DNA of 12,048 nucleotides from a virus (Duplodnaviria; Heunggongvirae; Uroviricota; Caudoviricetes): IMG/VR virus record IMGVR_UViG_2534682338_000009, positions 1 to 12,048 of that record; one strand, 5' to 3'. Shown piece by piece: positions 1 to 9,498 of this stretch (position 1 is its first letter; each line of letters starts with the position of its first letter). The notes under the pieces were generated by a model. It saw only the letters and a program-made list of their open reading frames with translations, ran no database searches and was not told where the DNA came from. The position numbers and the translations under genes were made by a program.

Positions 1-117
1 GAGAGCGGCTTCAACGCTGAGTTTTTTCAGCAGCCGATCAAACTGACTGAGGTCTTCAGGGGTTTTGAGGTTTTTGGCCAGTTCGTTAGCCAGAGCCTGT
101 AACTGTTTTTCGTCCAT
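1..117 (-). CDS. IS256-family (Mutator-type) transposase, N-terminal 39 codons only (5' partial in window)
   Basis: Translation of the reverse complement of 1-117 gives MDEKQLQALANELAKNLKTPEDLSQFDRLLKKLSVEAAL, which I recognise from memory as the conserved N-terminal segment of IS256-family transposases. An AAGG Shine-Dalgarno-like motif lies about 10 nt upstream of the ATG. The ORF is open to the window edge. Confidence 0.7.
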   Translation of the reverse strand, partial: MDEKQLQALANELAKNLKTPEDLSQFDRLLKKLSVEAAL

Positions 118-165
118 AAATTAACCTTCATTTGATGCTGGATTGAACATATCAAAATCAGGCAA
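1..165 (-). mobile_element. IS256-family insertion sequence, partial (continues beyond window start); right boundary approximate
   Basis: Minus-strand ORF with ATG at 115-117 encodes a characteristic IS256/Mutator-family transposase N-terminus. This stretch is visibly GC-richer than the adjacent phage genes. Terminal inverted repeat not identified by eye, so the true end lies somewhere around 120-200. Confidence 0.55.
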
Positions 166-1554
166 TTACACAAATCTATGTACAGGCTCTAGTTCATCGG
201 TAACATAACGTTCGGTAGCTGCGTTGCTTAGTAGCATTGCTTTAGTGATTTTAATACCCGCAGCATACATGCGAGGCTTAAGTGTAATTTTATCGAAAGT
301 TTCGAAACCGTCGGTAACTGCTTCATCTTCGTTGTAGAATTTAGCTGCTGGAGTCATACCTTTTGCACGTGGGATAGAGAAGTTACCACGGCCTGCAAGC
401 CCACCAAATACGGTTACTGGTAGTTGACCTAGTACAGTAGCTGCGAGTAGTTGACGAATATAGCTGTCTGCTAGTTCTTCTTTTACTAGACCTGCGGCGG
501 TTACAGTAGAAGTAGTATCGTCAGTAGAACGTACCATAGCGTTTAGGTCTGCGTTATAACCACGTGCACCTTTTTCGAAGGATTCTAGATCATGTGCTTC
601 ACCTTTTAGACTGCGTAGACCTTCGTTAATTAGAGATTTCTTTTCCATTTTTTTGATATCCTTATCAATTGATTTATTATCTGTATTTAGTGAGCGTTTA
701 AAGTCTTCAACGCTTACACCGTTTTTAATTGCTTCTTCTGTACTAACACCTAGTACCGAAGAAATAGATCGAAGTTCGCGAATACGATTTGCTTCTACTT
801 CTTTATTTATGCTTTCCTGAATATCAGTTACGGCAATAGAACGTTCCTCTACTAATTCAGGTTGTACTTCCTGTACTTCCTCAATTACTTCTGGTTCTTC
901 TACTACTTCTACTGATTCTTCTTGAACTACTTCTTCTTCTTCGATTACTTCGGCTTGTACTTCTTCTTCCTGTACTTCCTTAATAACTTCAACTTCCTGT
1001 ACTAGTTCTTCTTTTTGTTCTTGTTCCATTTCGGGTAGATCCTCTAGTGTGATTTCTTCATTACTATTTAGTGATCTTCCGATGCCGACGGTGTTGTCCG
1101 CTGGCTGCGAAACACTGGATACTTCGTATGGTTGCCATTTAGAAACAATTAGATTATTACCATCTAGGTAGTAATCTAAGATGTTATAACCTACGGACAC
1201 TTTAGGGCGAATACCTTCTAAGATCATACCGAAGATAGTATTTGCTGTTCCAAGTGCACTAAAACGTACAGTAGCACGACATACTTTATCCATATCTACG
1301 CGGGCATTCTCAACTATACCGACCTGACGCATTGCATCATGTTCTACTAGTACAGGTGCACCGTCATTAAGACGGCTTAAGTCTACGTTTTCAGGACTGC
1401 ATAAAAGGATCTCATTATAGAGAGTCCCTTTAATATCGCGTACTACTGGAATTTCGCTTGCAAATGAGAGTTCTACAGTTCTATCAGCTTCATCAATGGC
1501 ATTATTGATTTGTGTTAGATTGATCGCCCTCGTCTGGTTCTTGTTCAATTCCAT
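166..1554 (-). CDS. Phage prohead protease (HK97/S78-like) - acidic scaffold-like linker - capsid-like C-terminal segment; probably 3'-truncated by the IS insertion
   Basis: N-terminal ~170 aa carry prohead-protease-like motifs (PVLVEHD, YEVSSVSQPADN). Residues ~183-255 are a Glu/Val-rich low-complexity acidic repeat typical of scaffold/delta domains. The C-terminal ~100 aa resemble the start of an HK97-fold capsid protein but are too short for a full capsid domain. The ORF ends about 50 bp from the transposase start. Start at 1554 is preferred over the longest-ORF start at 1602 because of an AAGGAA motif upstream and a smaller overlap with the portal gene. Confidence 0.6.
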   Translation of the reverse strand: MELNKNQTRAINLTQINNAIDEADRTVELSFASEIPVVRDIKGTLYNEILLCSPENVDLSRLNDGAPVLVEHDAMRQVGIVENARVDMDKVCRATVRFSALGTANTIFGMILEGIRPKVSVGYNILDYYLDGNNLIVSKWQPYEVSSVSQPADNTVGIGRSLNSNEEITLEDLPEMEQEQKEELVQEVEVIKEVQEEEVQAEVIEEEEVVQEESVEVVEEPEVIEEVQEVQPELVEERSIAVTDIQESINKEVEANRIRELRSISSVLGVSTEEAIKNGVSVEDFKRSLNTDNKSIDKDIKKMEKKSLINEGLRSLKGEAHDLESFEKGARGYNADLNAMVRSTDDTTSTVTAAGLVKEELADSYIRQLLAATVLGQLPVTVFGGLAGRGNFSIPRAKGMTPAAKFYNEDEAVTDGFETFDKITLKPRMYAAGIKITKAMLLSNAATERYVTDELEPVHRFV

Positions 1555-2998
1555 TTTCTTTATTTTCCTTGTTGATTTCTTCCATGACGATAACAGGATC
1601 ATAGCCCATCTCTGAAATTACCATAGCCTTACTCTTCAAACCGTTATCAATTGCTAATACTTCGGTTTGTAGGTCTTTATATGGATCAAGGGAGATTTGA
1701 CGAGTCTGTACATATTGTGCATGAGTCAATTTATTAAAATCACTAAAATTTAAATTGCTTAATGTACTACTATTTAGCATTGCAGATTTTAACCATGCAA
1801 TATAAAGCGGTTTTAGTACAGAAACAATTAAAGCATTAGTGCGGCTTTTAAATGTTGATTGCTGTAATTTATCAGTTAACTTTGCAGCACTGAATGAAGC
1901 ATTACTAGTATCTGAGGTTAGGGATTGTTTTGTAATATCTAAGCCCATTGCAATCATCATCATTTGGTTATCAATAAACTCTTGAATCCCGTCAGTAGTC
2001 TGAGATGGGTTTACTGTTTTAATATCCTGACCTGCCTGTAGTTCTACGATTGCAGCCGGATTTAAATAGTCCTGGTCATAGTATGAAACACTGTCATCAG
2101 TCAGTAGCTGTACATCGTCATTATCTGGATTAGTGATAAAGGCCATTGCGGACGCTGCAACCTTACGGGAAGTAATTGCTGCCGCCATAAATTCCTCTAA
2201 CTCTTTTAACTTTTCAGTACCGGAATGTACATCAGGTATCCCGCGTTGCTGTGTTGGGTAGTCCTGTTGAAACAGGTGTAGAATCTCGTCTGCTGGTACG
2301 CGTTCACGTTCTTCAATCATATAGTTGTACATGATAGGATTATATCGTGTGATCCAGTACGCTACAGGGCGGTTAGTATTAATATCAAATTCTATACCAT
2401 TACTAATATAGTTACCTGATGGTAGTAACTGGTTCTCATAGGTAGAGATACGCATTGAATCGATGATCTCAATCTGTGGTAATTCACCTGGACGACTATG
2501 AATACGGATGAAACAATCTCCATCTACGGAACGAGTACGTTCTACTAGTCGCTGAAAGGTACTGATATCCAGAGTACCGCAACGTGAAAAGGCTTTAGGA
2601 TCTTCTGACCATGCATAGAATGCATCTTCTAATTGTTTATCGATTGACTGGTTAACCTGTTCACTATCAGAAGAGTGAGTACAAGGGCGAATATAAAGAC
2701 CATCTGCACCCGTTACACCTGCTGAGTTAGTAGAAACATATTTTTTAACAATACCATTCTTAATTGAGAGTTCACGACTCACGGCGACCATTACCGGTAG
2801 AGTACGGTTAATGATAGCGTTAATATTACCTGCCTGATTACCACCCGTGAAACCGAAGGAGATAACAGGACTGGAAGATCCTAGATTCAGGGAAGACATT
2901 GCACGCTTCATAGGGTTATTCTTCATTAGCTTGATAGGCTTCTGTACTAATACCTTCTGCTTAGGTTCTTCTACTTTCTTTTTATTCCATCCGAACAT
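1502..2998 (-). CDS. Phage portal protein (lambda gpB-like by size and position)
   Basis: 498-aa ORF immediately downstream of the large terminase and the 163-aa gene and upstream of the prohead protease, the canonical portal position. Size is consistent with lambda-family portals. ATG at 2996-2998 overlaps the upstream stop as TAATG. Confidence 0.6.
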   Translation of the reverse strand: MFGWNKKKVEEPKQKVLVQKPIKLMKNNPMKRAMSSLNLGSSSPVISFGFTGGNQAGNINAIINRTLPVMVAVSRELSIKNGIVKKYVSTNSAGVTGADGLYIRPCTHSSDSEQVNQSIDKQLEDAFYAWSEDPKAFSRCGTLDISTFQRLVERTRSVDGDCFIRIHSRPGELPQIEIIDSMRISTYENQLLPSGNYISNGIEFDINTNRPVAYWITRYNPIMYNYMIEERERVPADEILHLFQQDYPTQQRGIPDVHSGTEKLKELEEFMAAAITSRKVAASAMAFITNPDNDDVQLLTDDSVSYYDQDYLNPAAIVELQAGQDIKTVNPSQTTDGIQEFIDNQMMMIAMGLDITKQSLTSDTSNASFSAAKLTDKLQQSTFKSRTNALIVSVLKPLYIAWLKSAMLNSSTLSNLNFSDFNKLTHAQYVQTRQISLDPYKDLQTEVLAIDNGLKSKAMVISEMGYDPVIVMEEINKENKENGIEQEPDEGDQSNTNQ

Positions 2999-3489
2999 TA
3001 GCGGGATCTCCTAAATGTAGTAATTGATTTAATAGGGCATCCAGTATTAAAGCCTTTCATATCCGATAGTAAATCATTTGCACGGCTGACATAAACAGGG
3101 CGTAGTTTCATTAGAATCTCACTACTTTCATATGTTAATGATTTATTTTGGATTGATTGACTTAGTACACCACCGCCTTTAATTCTGTCCATGATGATCT
3201 GATCAATATCTTTAATGATTTGCATCAGGTCGTTATATTCGGACGCCTTTGAAGTTGGATCTATTACTTCGAATTGTTGTACGCCATACGCTACGGTACT
3301 GTTAATAATTGCAGTCCAGACCCCTGCATCCCAGTTACTAGTATCAATAGCTGGGAAAGGGTATGTGTATGAAGTTTTTACCCCGTTAGGATCGATTAGG
3401 TCTACTTCTGATCCTGCGGGGTAATCGAATGTAATAGTCTCGCCTTTAAAGATATCGCCTCTTAGGGTTACTTTGCGAACTATTGCCAT
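2998..3489 (-). CDS. Hypothetical head-morphogenesis protein (occupies the gpW position between terminase and portal)
   Basis: ORF between the large terminase and portal. The ORF-track start at 3519 is GTG; an in-frame ATG at 3487-3489 is preceded by AAGGA and gives 163 aa beginning MAIVRKVTLRGD. No family recognised. Confidence 0.5.
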   Translation of the reverse strand: MAIVRKVTLRGDIFKGETITFDYPAGSEVDLIDPNGVKTSYTYPFPAIDTSNWDAGVWTAIINSTVAYGVQQFEVIDPTSKASEYNDLMQIIKDIDQIIMDRIKGGGVLSQSIQNKSLTYESSEILMKLRPVYVSRANDLLSDMKGFNTGCPIKSITTFRRSR

Positions 3490-3499
3490 TTTATTTTCC

Positions 3500-5395
3500 T
3501 TATTTAAAGAAACCACCACCCTTACGCGGCCTTATTACTCGCTTAGGAGTTGGCTTAGTTGGTGCTTCTTCTGTATTTACTTCTTTATTTAGTCCTGCTT
3601 TCTCTTTTTGTTTGGCGTTAAATTCCCTTAGTTGTCGGAATGGTTGACTACCCAATTTAGAAAGATACCACTGGAAACATATAAGCGAGTAATTAAGACA
3701 ATCCAAAGTTTCATTCCTCGAACTACTAATTTTCTTCACCCATACCCACGCACCAGCCTTTATTACTCGCTTCTCGCTTGTTACCTGTATAAAGTAATCA
3801 TCCGGTACTGAATGGCTAAAGTGTATCTGTACTTCCTTACTATTTTCATTATCTGATACAGCACGGTTTAACAACTGTCTAACGTTAGTCTTACCTAAGT
3901 TAACATTTAGGTTAATCAGGGAGTGACCACCAGCCGTACTACCTTTGAATAGTGGGTTAGTATTGGATGTACCACCCTTAATAGGTTTAAAGATATTAGA
4001 GTTAGAACAAAAACGATATACGGTACTGGTTGCGTTACCGTTCGAACTATCGACAAATCCGGCCAGTACCTTCAATGGTTTACCCGAACGTGTTTTAAAT
4101 GGATGATTACCAAAGGCCGTTAACTTATTCCATGCTGGGGCTTCGATTTTAGTACAGTCAATTGAATAGATACTACGATGATCAAGTACGTATAGGTTCT
4201 TTTCACTTACTCCTAATGTAGTTATTTCAAGACGGTCTAACTGTTGGTCTACTCCCATCACAATTCCTAGTACATCGTCTGGTATATTATCAATATCAAT
4301 TTCACTATCTCTTAGATTCTCTAATAATACTAAGTCATGTTCGCTATTCTCTTTATCAATATATGGAAGTCCTAGTACGTTATTATAAAATGATGCAAGG
4401 TCAAATGTATAATGTGCTTCTGCAAAGTCTGCAACAATTGATTTGATAGAGTTAATTGGAGAATATAAGCGAGATACATGATAGCCCATGATATCTAATA
4501 TTTCTGGGGCTGTTGCAATCCATACCCCTTTACGAATCATTCGTACACGTTCGGCTTCAGTGATTACATTACTACACTTAGGACATTCTAGCCTTGCAGT
4601 GTCTGCATCAGGAATACGGCGGCGTCCACCTTCGATAATCTTCCAGTCAAACTTAACGTTATCAAAAACTAATTCGTGAGAGTGGTTACAGTGTGGACAC
4701 GGTACATAAAACTTTTGTTTATTACTTTGTTCGTACTGTTGCGTAATTAAGTCATGTTCATCAAGGGGAGTAGAACAACACATAATAAGGGGATTACTAA
4801 AAGCCTTTGTACGCTGTTCTGCTAACTTTAATGGATTGCCTTCATCGCCATTCGGATCAATATTGGATATTTCGTCAAGGAAGACACGAGGCGAACTCAA
4901 GCCACGAAGTTGGGCACTACTACCTAATGTTAGGAAGTAGGTAAAAGTACCATCTAAGTTTTGTTGTGTCTTATCGTTGTTCGTAAAGTTCTTATCATTC
5001 TTATTACTAACTAGATTTTTTAGTACCGGACATGCTTCGATGACTGCCTGCCATTTACCAGTACGGAACTTACTTGTAGTACCACCAGTAGCACCTGCGA
5101 AGATCATGTTACTTGGATCATTAGCTAGGAAGTAGTACATACTATTCTGAAGTACAGTTGTTTTGAGAAGTTGTGCACTACTCATGAGCACCACTTTACG
5201 GATGCGAGGATTTACTATGTCATTCAAGGGCTTTTTCTGAAACTCAAATAATTTGACACGTTGCCCCTGTAGCTCGCCATCAGGAAAGACTAGGTTATTC
5301 TCTACCCATTCCGCTGGTAGTTGTTTCTTCGGCGGTAGGATTGATTTCGCCGCTCTCGTTAGTACCTTCATCATCTTCTGGTAGTTGTTCTTCAT
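3500..5395 (-). CDS. Terminase large subunit, lambda gpA family
   Basis: About 630-640 aa, the same size as lambda gpA. Segments match lambda gpA as I recall it: AEWVENNLVFP vs AVEWADANYYLP, CPHCNHSHELVF vs CPHCGEEQYLKF, GVDQQLDRLEITTLG vs GIDSQLDRYEMRVWG, NETLDCLNYSL vs NEALDCFVYAL. The longest ORF starts with TTG at 5422; ATG at 5393-5395 has a GAGGG motif 5 nt upstream. Overlaps the 3' end of the small terminase gene. Confidence 0.85.
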   Translation of the reverse strand: MKNNYQKMMKVLTRAAKSILPPKKQLPAEWVENNLVFPDGELQGQRVKLFEFQKKPLNDIVNPRIRKVVLMSSAQLLKTTVLQNSMYYFLANDPSNMIFAGATGGTTSKFRTGKWQAVIEACPVLKNLVSNKNDKNFTNNDKTQQNLDGTFTYFLTLGSSAQLRGLSSPRVFLDEISNIDPNGDEGNPLKLAEQRTKAFSNPLIMCCSTPLDEHDLITQQYEQSNKQKFYVPCPHCNHSHELVFDNVKFDWKIIEGGRRRIPDADTARLECPKCSNVITEAERVRMIRKGVWIATAPEILDIMGYHVSRLYSPINSIKSIVADFAEAHYTFDLASFYNNVLGLPYIDKENSEHDLVLLENLRDSEIDIDNIPDDVLGIVMGVDQQLDRLEITTLGVSEKNLYVLDHRSIYSIDCTKIEAPAWNKLTAFGNHPFKTRSGKPLKVLAGFVDSSNGNATSTVYRFCSNSNIFKPIKGGTSNTNPLFKGSTAGGHSLINLNVNLGKTNVRQLLNRAVSDNENSKEVQIHFSHSVPDDYFIQVTSEKRVIKAGAWVWVKKISSSRNETLDCLNYSLICFQWYLSKLGSQPFRQLREFNAKQKEKAGLNKEVNTEEAPTKPTPKRVIRPRKGGGFFK

Positions 5396-5864
5396 ATGTT
5401 CCCTCATATTCATAGCTACCAATCTCTTCTAACTGGCGGTCTATCTTATCCTGTAATTTAATTTTTAATTCTAATGCGTCTTGTGATTCGAATAGTTCAA
5501 CATAACTTGATGCGGGAATACTTCTAATTACTTGTCGTAGTTGGTAGAAGTATTGGGCTAATGTTTGCTGTACTACTGCCACGGGAATTAGTTCGCCTGA
5601 TTGCTGGCGTAGTTCTAATTCTTTTAGGTCTGCTTCTGCTTCTAGTTTGCGTAGTGTGGCTTTATGAATCATTCCTTTTACATCACCATTACGCATGGGT
5701 TCGATTACGTTCGCCAGTAACCACTGATCAACTAATTTTTTAGGCCAGTTGATATCTAATCCTTTCCCCGACCAGATACGCGAAGCGGTACTAATTTCTA
5801 CGCCGAATCTTTCCGCGATCTCGGTGTAAGTATAGCGGGTTCCATCGTCTTTATTTTTTGCCAT
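5295..5864 (-). CDS. Terminase small subunit (Nu1-like, N-terminal HTH DNA-binding domain)
   Basis: 189-aa ORF directly upstream of, and overlapping, the gpA-like gene. N-terminus YTYTEIAERFGVEISTASRIWSGKG has a helix-turn-helix character like lambda Nu1, followed by a coiled-coil-like middle and an acidic tail. AGGAA motif 5 nt upstream of the ATG at 5862-5864. Confidence 0.65.
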   Translation of the reverse strand: MAKNKDDGTRYTYTEIAERFGVEISTASRIWSGKGLDINWPKKLVDQWLLANVIEPMRNGDVKGMIHKATLRKLEAEADLKELELRQQSGELIPVAVVQQTLAQYFYQLRQVIRSIPASSYVELFESQDALELKIKLQDKIDRQLEEIGSYEYEGTYEEQLPEDDEGTNESGEINPTAEETTTSGMGRE

Positions 5865-5960
5865 GTGATTTCCTATTCACTTTTTATTCATTTTCCATTG
5901 ATTGGTATTTTCTATATGTTTCGGTACTTATTACTTTAGCTATCGATCTTGCGTGTTCTT

Positions 5961-6030
5961 ATGAAAAAATTTCATAGATATTTTTTATAATTCGCGGCGA
6001 AAACTCCACGATCACCCAGATTTTCGGGAG
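5961..6030 (-). promoter_or_regulatory. Candidate packaging-site (cos-proximal) or promoter region upstream of the small terminase
   Basis: On the minus strand, ~100-140 bp upstream of the small terminase ATG, the sequence GAGTTTTCGCCGCG...TATGAAATTTTTTCAT resembles the lambda segment GGGTTTTCGCTATTTATGAAAATTTTCC that follows the cohesive end (from memory). Also an imperfect palindrome ATGAAA-AAA-TTTCAT at 5961-5975 and a partly symmetric CCCAGATTTTCGGG at 6015-6028. Confidence 0.25.
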
Positions 6031-6288
6031 TACCTATTACTAATGAAAATAAATGATTTACTCCATTACAGTATTCACAGTAATAAACCATATTAATACT
6101 CTATAAGATGTATTTACCCCAGTACGCAATGACTTATCCATATGTCATATTAATCAAATAAATTACTGAAAAACTATTAGTCAACACACAAAACCATCAA
6201 CCATGTAACAATCAATATAAAAGAACAACATATGTCACAGTTTTGGAGATATTATTTTTATTCTCTCTCTGGTAATGGTATTAAATAA

Positions 6289-8135
<1,847 letters not shown>

Positions 8136-8152
8136 TTATTAAATTCATATAT

Positions 8153-8170
8153 GCCAGTACTAGTACTGGC
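8153..8170 (+). terminator. Perfect 18-bp palindrome GCCAGTACTAGTACTGGC 18 bp after the OLD stop; possible intrinsic terminator
   Basis: Perfect palindrome read directly from the sequence, followed by AT-rich sequence but no clean T-run, so terminator function is uncertain. Confidence 0.35.
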
Positions 8171-8263
8171 ACATAATATAATAAATATAATTTGATAATT
8201 ATACATTATATAGAGAAAACTCATTTATGACATCTACTTTATTACATCCATTATTTATATATA

Positions 8264-8326
8264 CTCATTACTCATTACTCATTACTCATTACTCATTACT
8301 CATTACTCATTACTCATTACTCATTA
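8264..8326. repeat. Perfect tandem heptanucleotide repeat (CTCATTA)x9
   Basis: Nine uninterrupted 7-bp units counted directly from the sequence, in an ~80% AT spacer between the convergent OLD gene and the secreted-protein gene. Confidence 0.95.
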
Positions 8327-8360
8327 ATAAATATTTCTCACTATTTTAAATGAATAATTC

Positions 8361-8395
8361 CTATTAATATTACAAGTTAGTTTTAATATTAATAG
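8361..8395. repeat. 12-bp inverted repeat CTATTAATATTA / TAATATTAATAG with 11-bp spacer
   Basis: Arms at 8361-8372 and 8384-8395 are exact reverse complements. AT-rich; function unknown. Confidence 0.6.
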
Positions 8396-8537
8396 TAAAA
8401 TTTAGCCTCTTCTTATTATTTTATGATTTGTACTAAATCATTTAGTAGCTAAATATATAGATTACTATTCATAGTACTGTCTCGTTGATAGTACGTATTC
8501 CCCGAATATTTAAAGCCTGCCATGATTGTCTTTTTCA

Positions 8538-8915
8538 TTACAGGTTATCTATTAAATTACAGTTGGTGAAAGTCATATATATCGCATTATCAGTAATACC
8601 GATCATATATACAGGTTTTTTCTCGTATTCATATATATAAATGTAGTCGGGGGTATTTACGCCCATGGCAAACAATCTACCATTGACTTGCTTTAGTGGT
8701 TTGTATGTTACCGATTCAGTGCCAAAGTTACTTGACACATTTCTATTATCGATACTTATATACCCCGATTGATTGAATGAATCGAGGGGGATGTTACGCT
8801 TACCTACTTCCTTAAACATATATACATCGCACCGATATAGTCCGTCGTTAGCAAGTTCTACATTTGCCAGTACAGAAGGGACGATGAATATTAGAGCCAG
8901 TACTATTTTTTTCAT
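8538..8915 (-). CDS. Hypothetical secreted (periplasmic) protein with cleavable signal peptide
   Basis: 125-aa ORF with ATG start. N-terminus MKKIVLALIFIVPSVLA followed by NVELAN fits a Sec signal peptide with an AxA-type cleavage site. Two Cys (in YRCD and TNCN) could form a disulfide. No family recognised. Confidence 0.6.
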   Translation of the reverse strand: MKKIVLALIFIVPSVLANVELANDGLYRCDVYMFKEVGKRNIPLDSFNQSGYISIDNRNVSSNFGTESVTYKPLKQVNGRLFAMGVNTPDYIYIYEYEKKPVYMIGITDNAIYMTFTNCNLIDNL

Positions 8916-9234
8916 TGTGACTTATTCCAGTTAGTTACTGTGAGGAATTAATTGTTGAGACTCTTTTTGAAACTGCAATACTTCATCAATGGATTTTTTA
9001 TCGGTACGCATTAAGAATCATATAGTACACCAACTACTATGGCAACTATGAAAATTATAAATTATCCCGATATAGTTGGTTGGTTTCGAGAACTCAAATT
9101 CAGTACCGCAATTATTTGGACAATCAATTACCCTAGATACGTTTTTATGTGTGCCTTATGCTCAATATAGCTATGAATCTTTATAAGGCGATCTACAGCA
9201 ATGAGACAACCACCTGTAAAGGTGCTTCTTTGTT

Positions 9235-9498
9235 TTATGGTTTTGGCTTGCGTAATTTCTTTGTTTTCGCTGCTTTAGTGATTAAATCAGTATATTTCTT
9301 GATACTCTTCTGTAGTTTCTCGTCTTCTGATAGTTCCTCTACAACGTCCTGTACGCCCCTTAGAATGCGTTCTACTTCTTCGGCGTCGCGTTGTACGTCT
9401 TCATGTACTCCATACTCTACGTAGCGTCTTAGGGCTTCAATATTGGGGATACTATAGCTTGCTACAACTCCATCAGTATGATGAATGTGTAGGTCCAA
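9235..9498 (-). CDS. Hypothetical small charged protein (87 aa, putative TTG start, basic C-terminal tail)
   Basis: ORF has no in-frame ATG; the only start is TTG at 9496-9498, preceded by GGTGG. The protein is helical and charged with a KKLRKPKP tail, and its codon usage resembles the head genes (GTA, CTA, GAA, CGC rich). The overlapping plus-strand ORF (9149-9424) translates to Ser/Thr/Cys-rich low-complexity sequence typical of the antisense of acidic coding DNA. Confidence 0.35.
   Translation of the reverse strand: MDLHIHHTDGVVASYSIPNIEALRRYVEYGVHEDVQRDAEEVERILRGVQDVVEELSEDEKLQKSIKKYTDLITKAAKTKKLRKPKP

Noticed and set aside
3215-3424. 69-aa plus-strand ORF inside the 163-aa head gene
   Set aside because: Lies antisense within a better-supported minus-strand gene; no ribosome-binding site and a low-complexity translation. 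Likely spurious.
4488-4679. 63-aa plus-strand ORF inside the large terminase gene
   Set aside because: Antisense to a confidently assigned gpA-family terminase. Spurious.
5561-5743. 60-aa plus-strand ORF inside the small terminase gene
   Set aside because: Antisense to the small terminase; the Leu-rich translation is typical of antisense frames. Spurious.
8264-8326. Heptamer repeat as a possible CRISPR array
   Set aside because: Units are 7 bp and contiguous with no spacers. CRISPR repeats are ~24-48 bp separated by unique spacers. This is a simple sequence repeat.
9149-9424. 91-aa plus-strand ORF opposite the 87-aa minus-strand ORF
   Set aside because: Translation is Ser/Thr/Cys-rich low complexity, the typical mirror of an acidic coding strand. 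The minus-strand frame is more protein-like.
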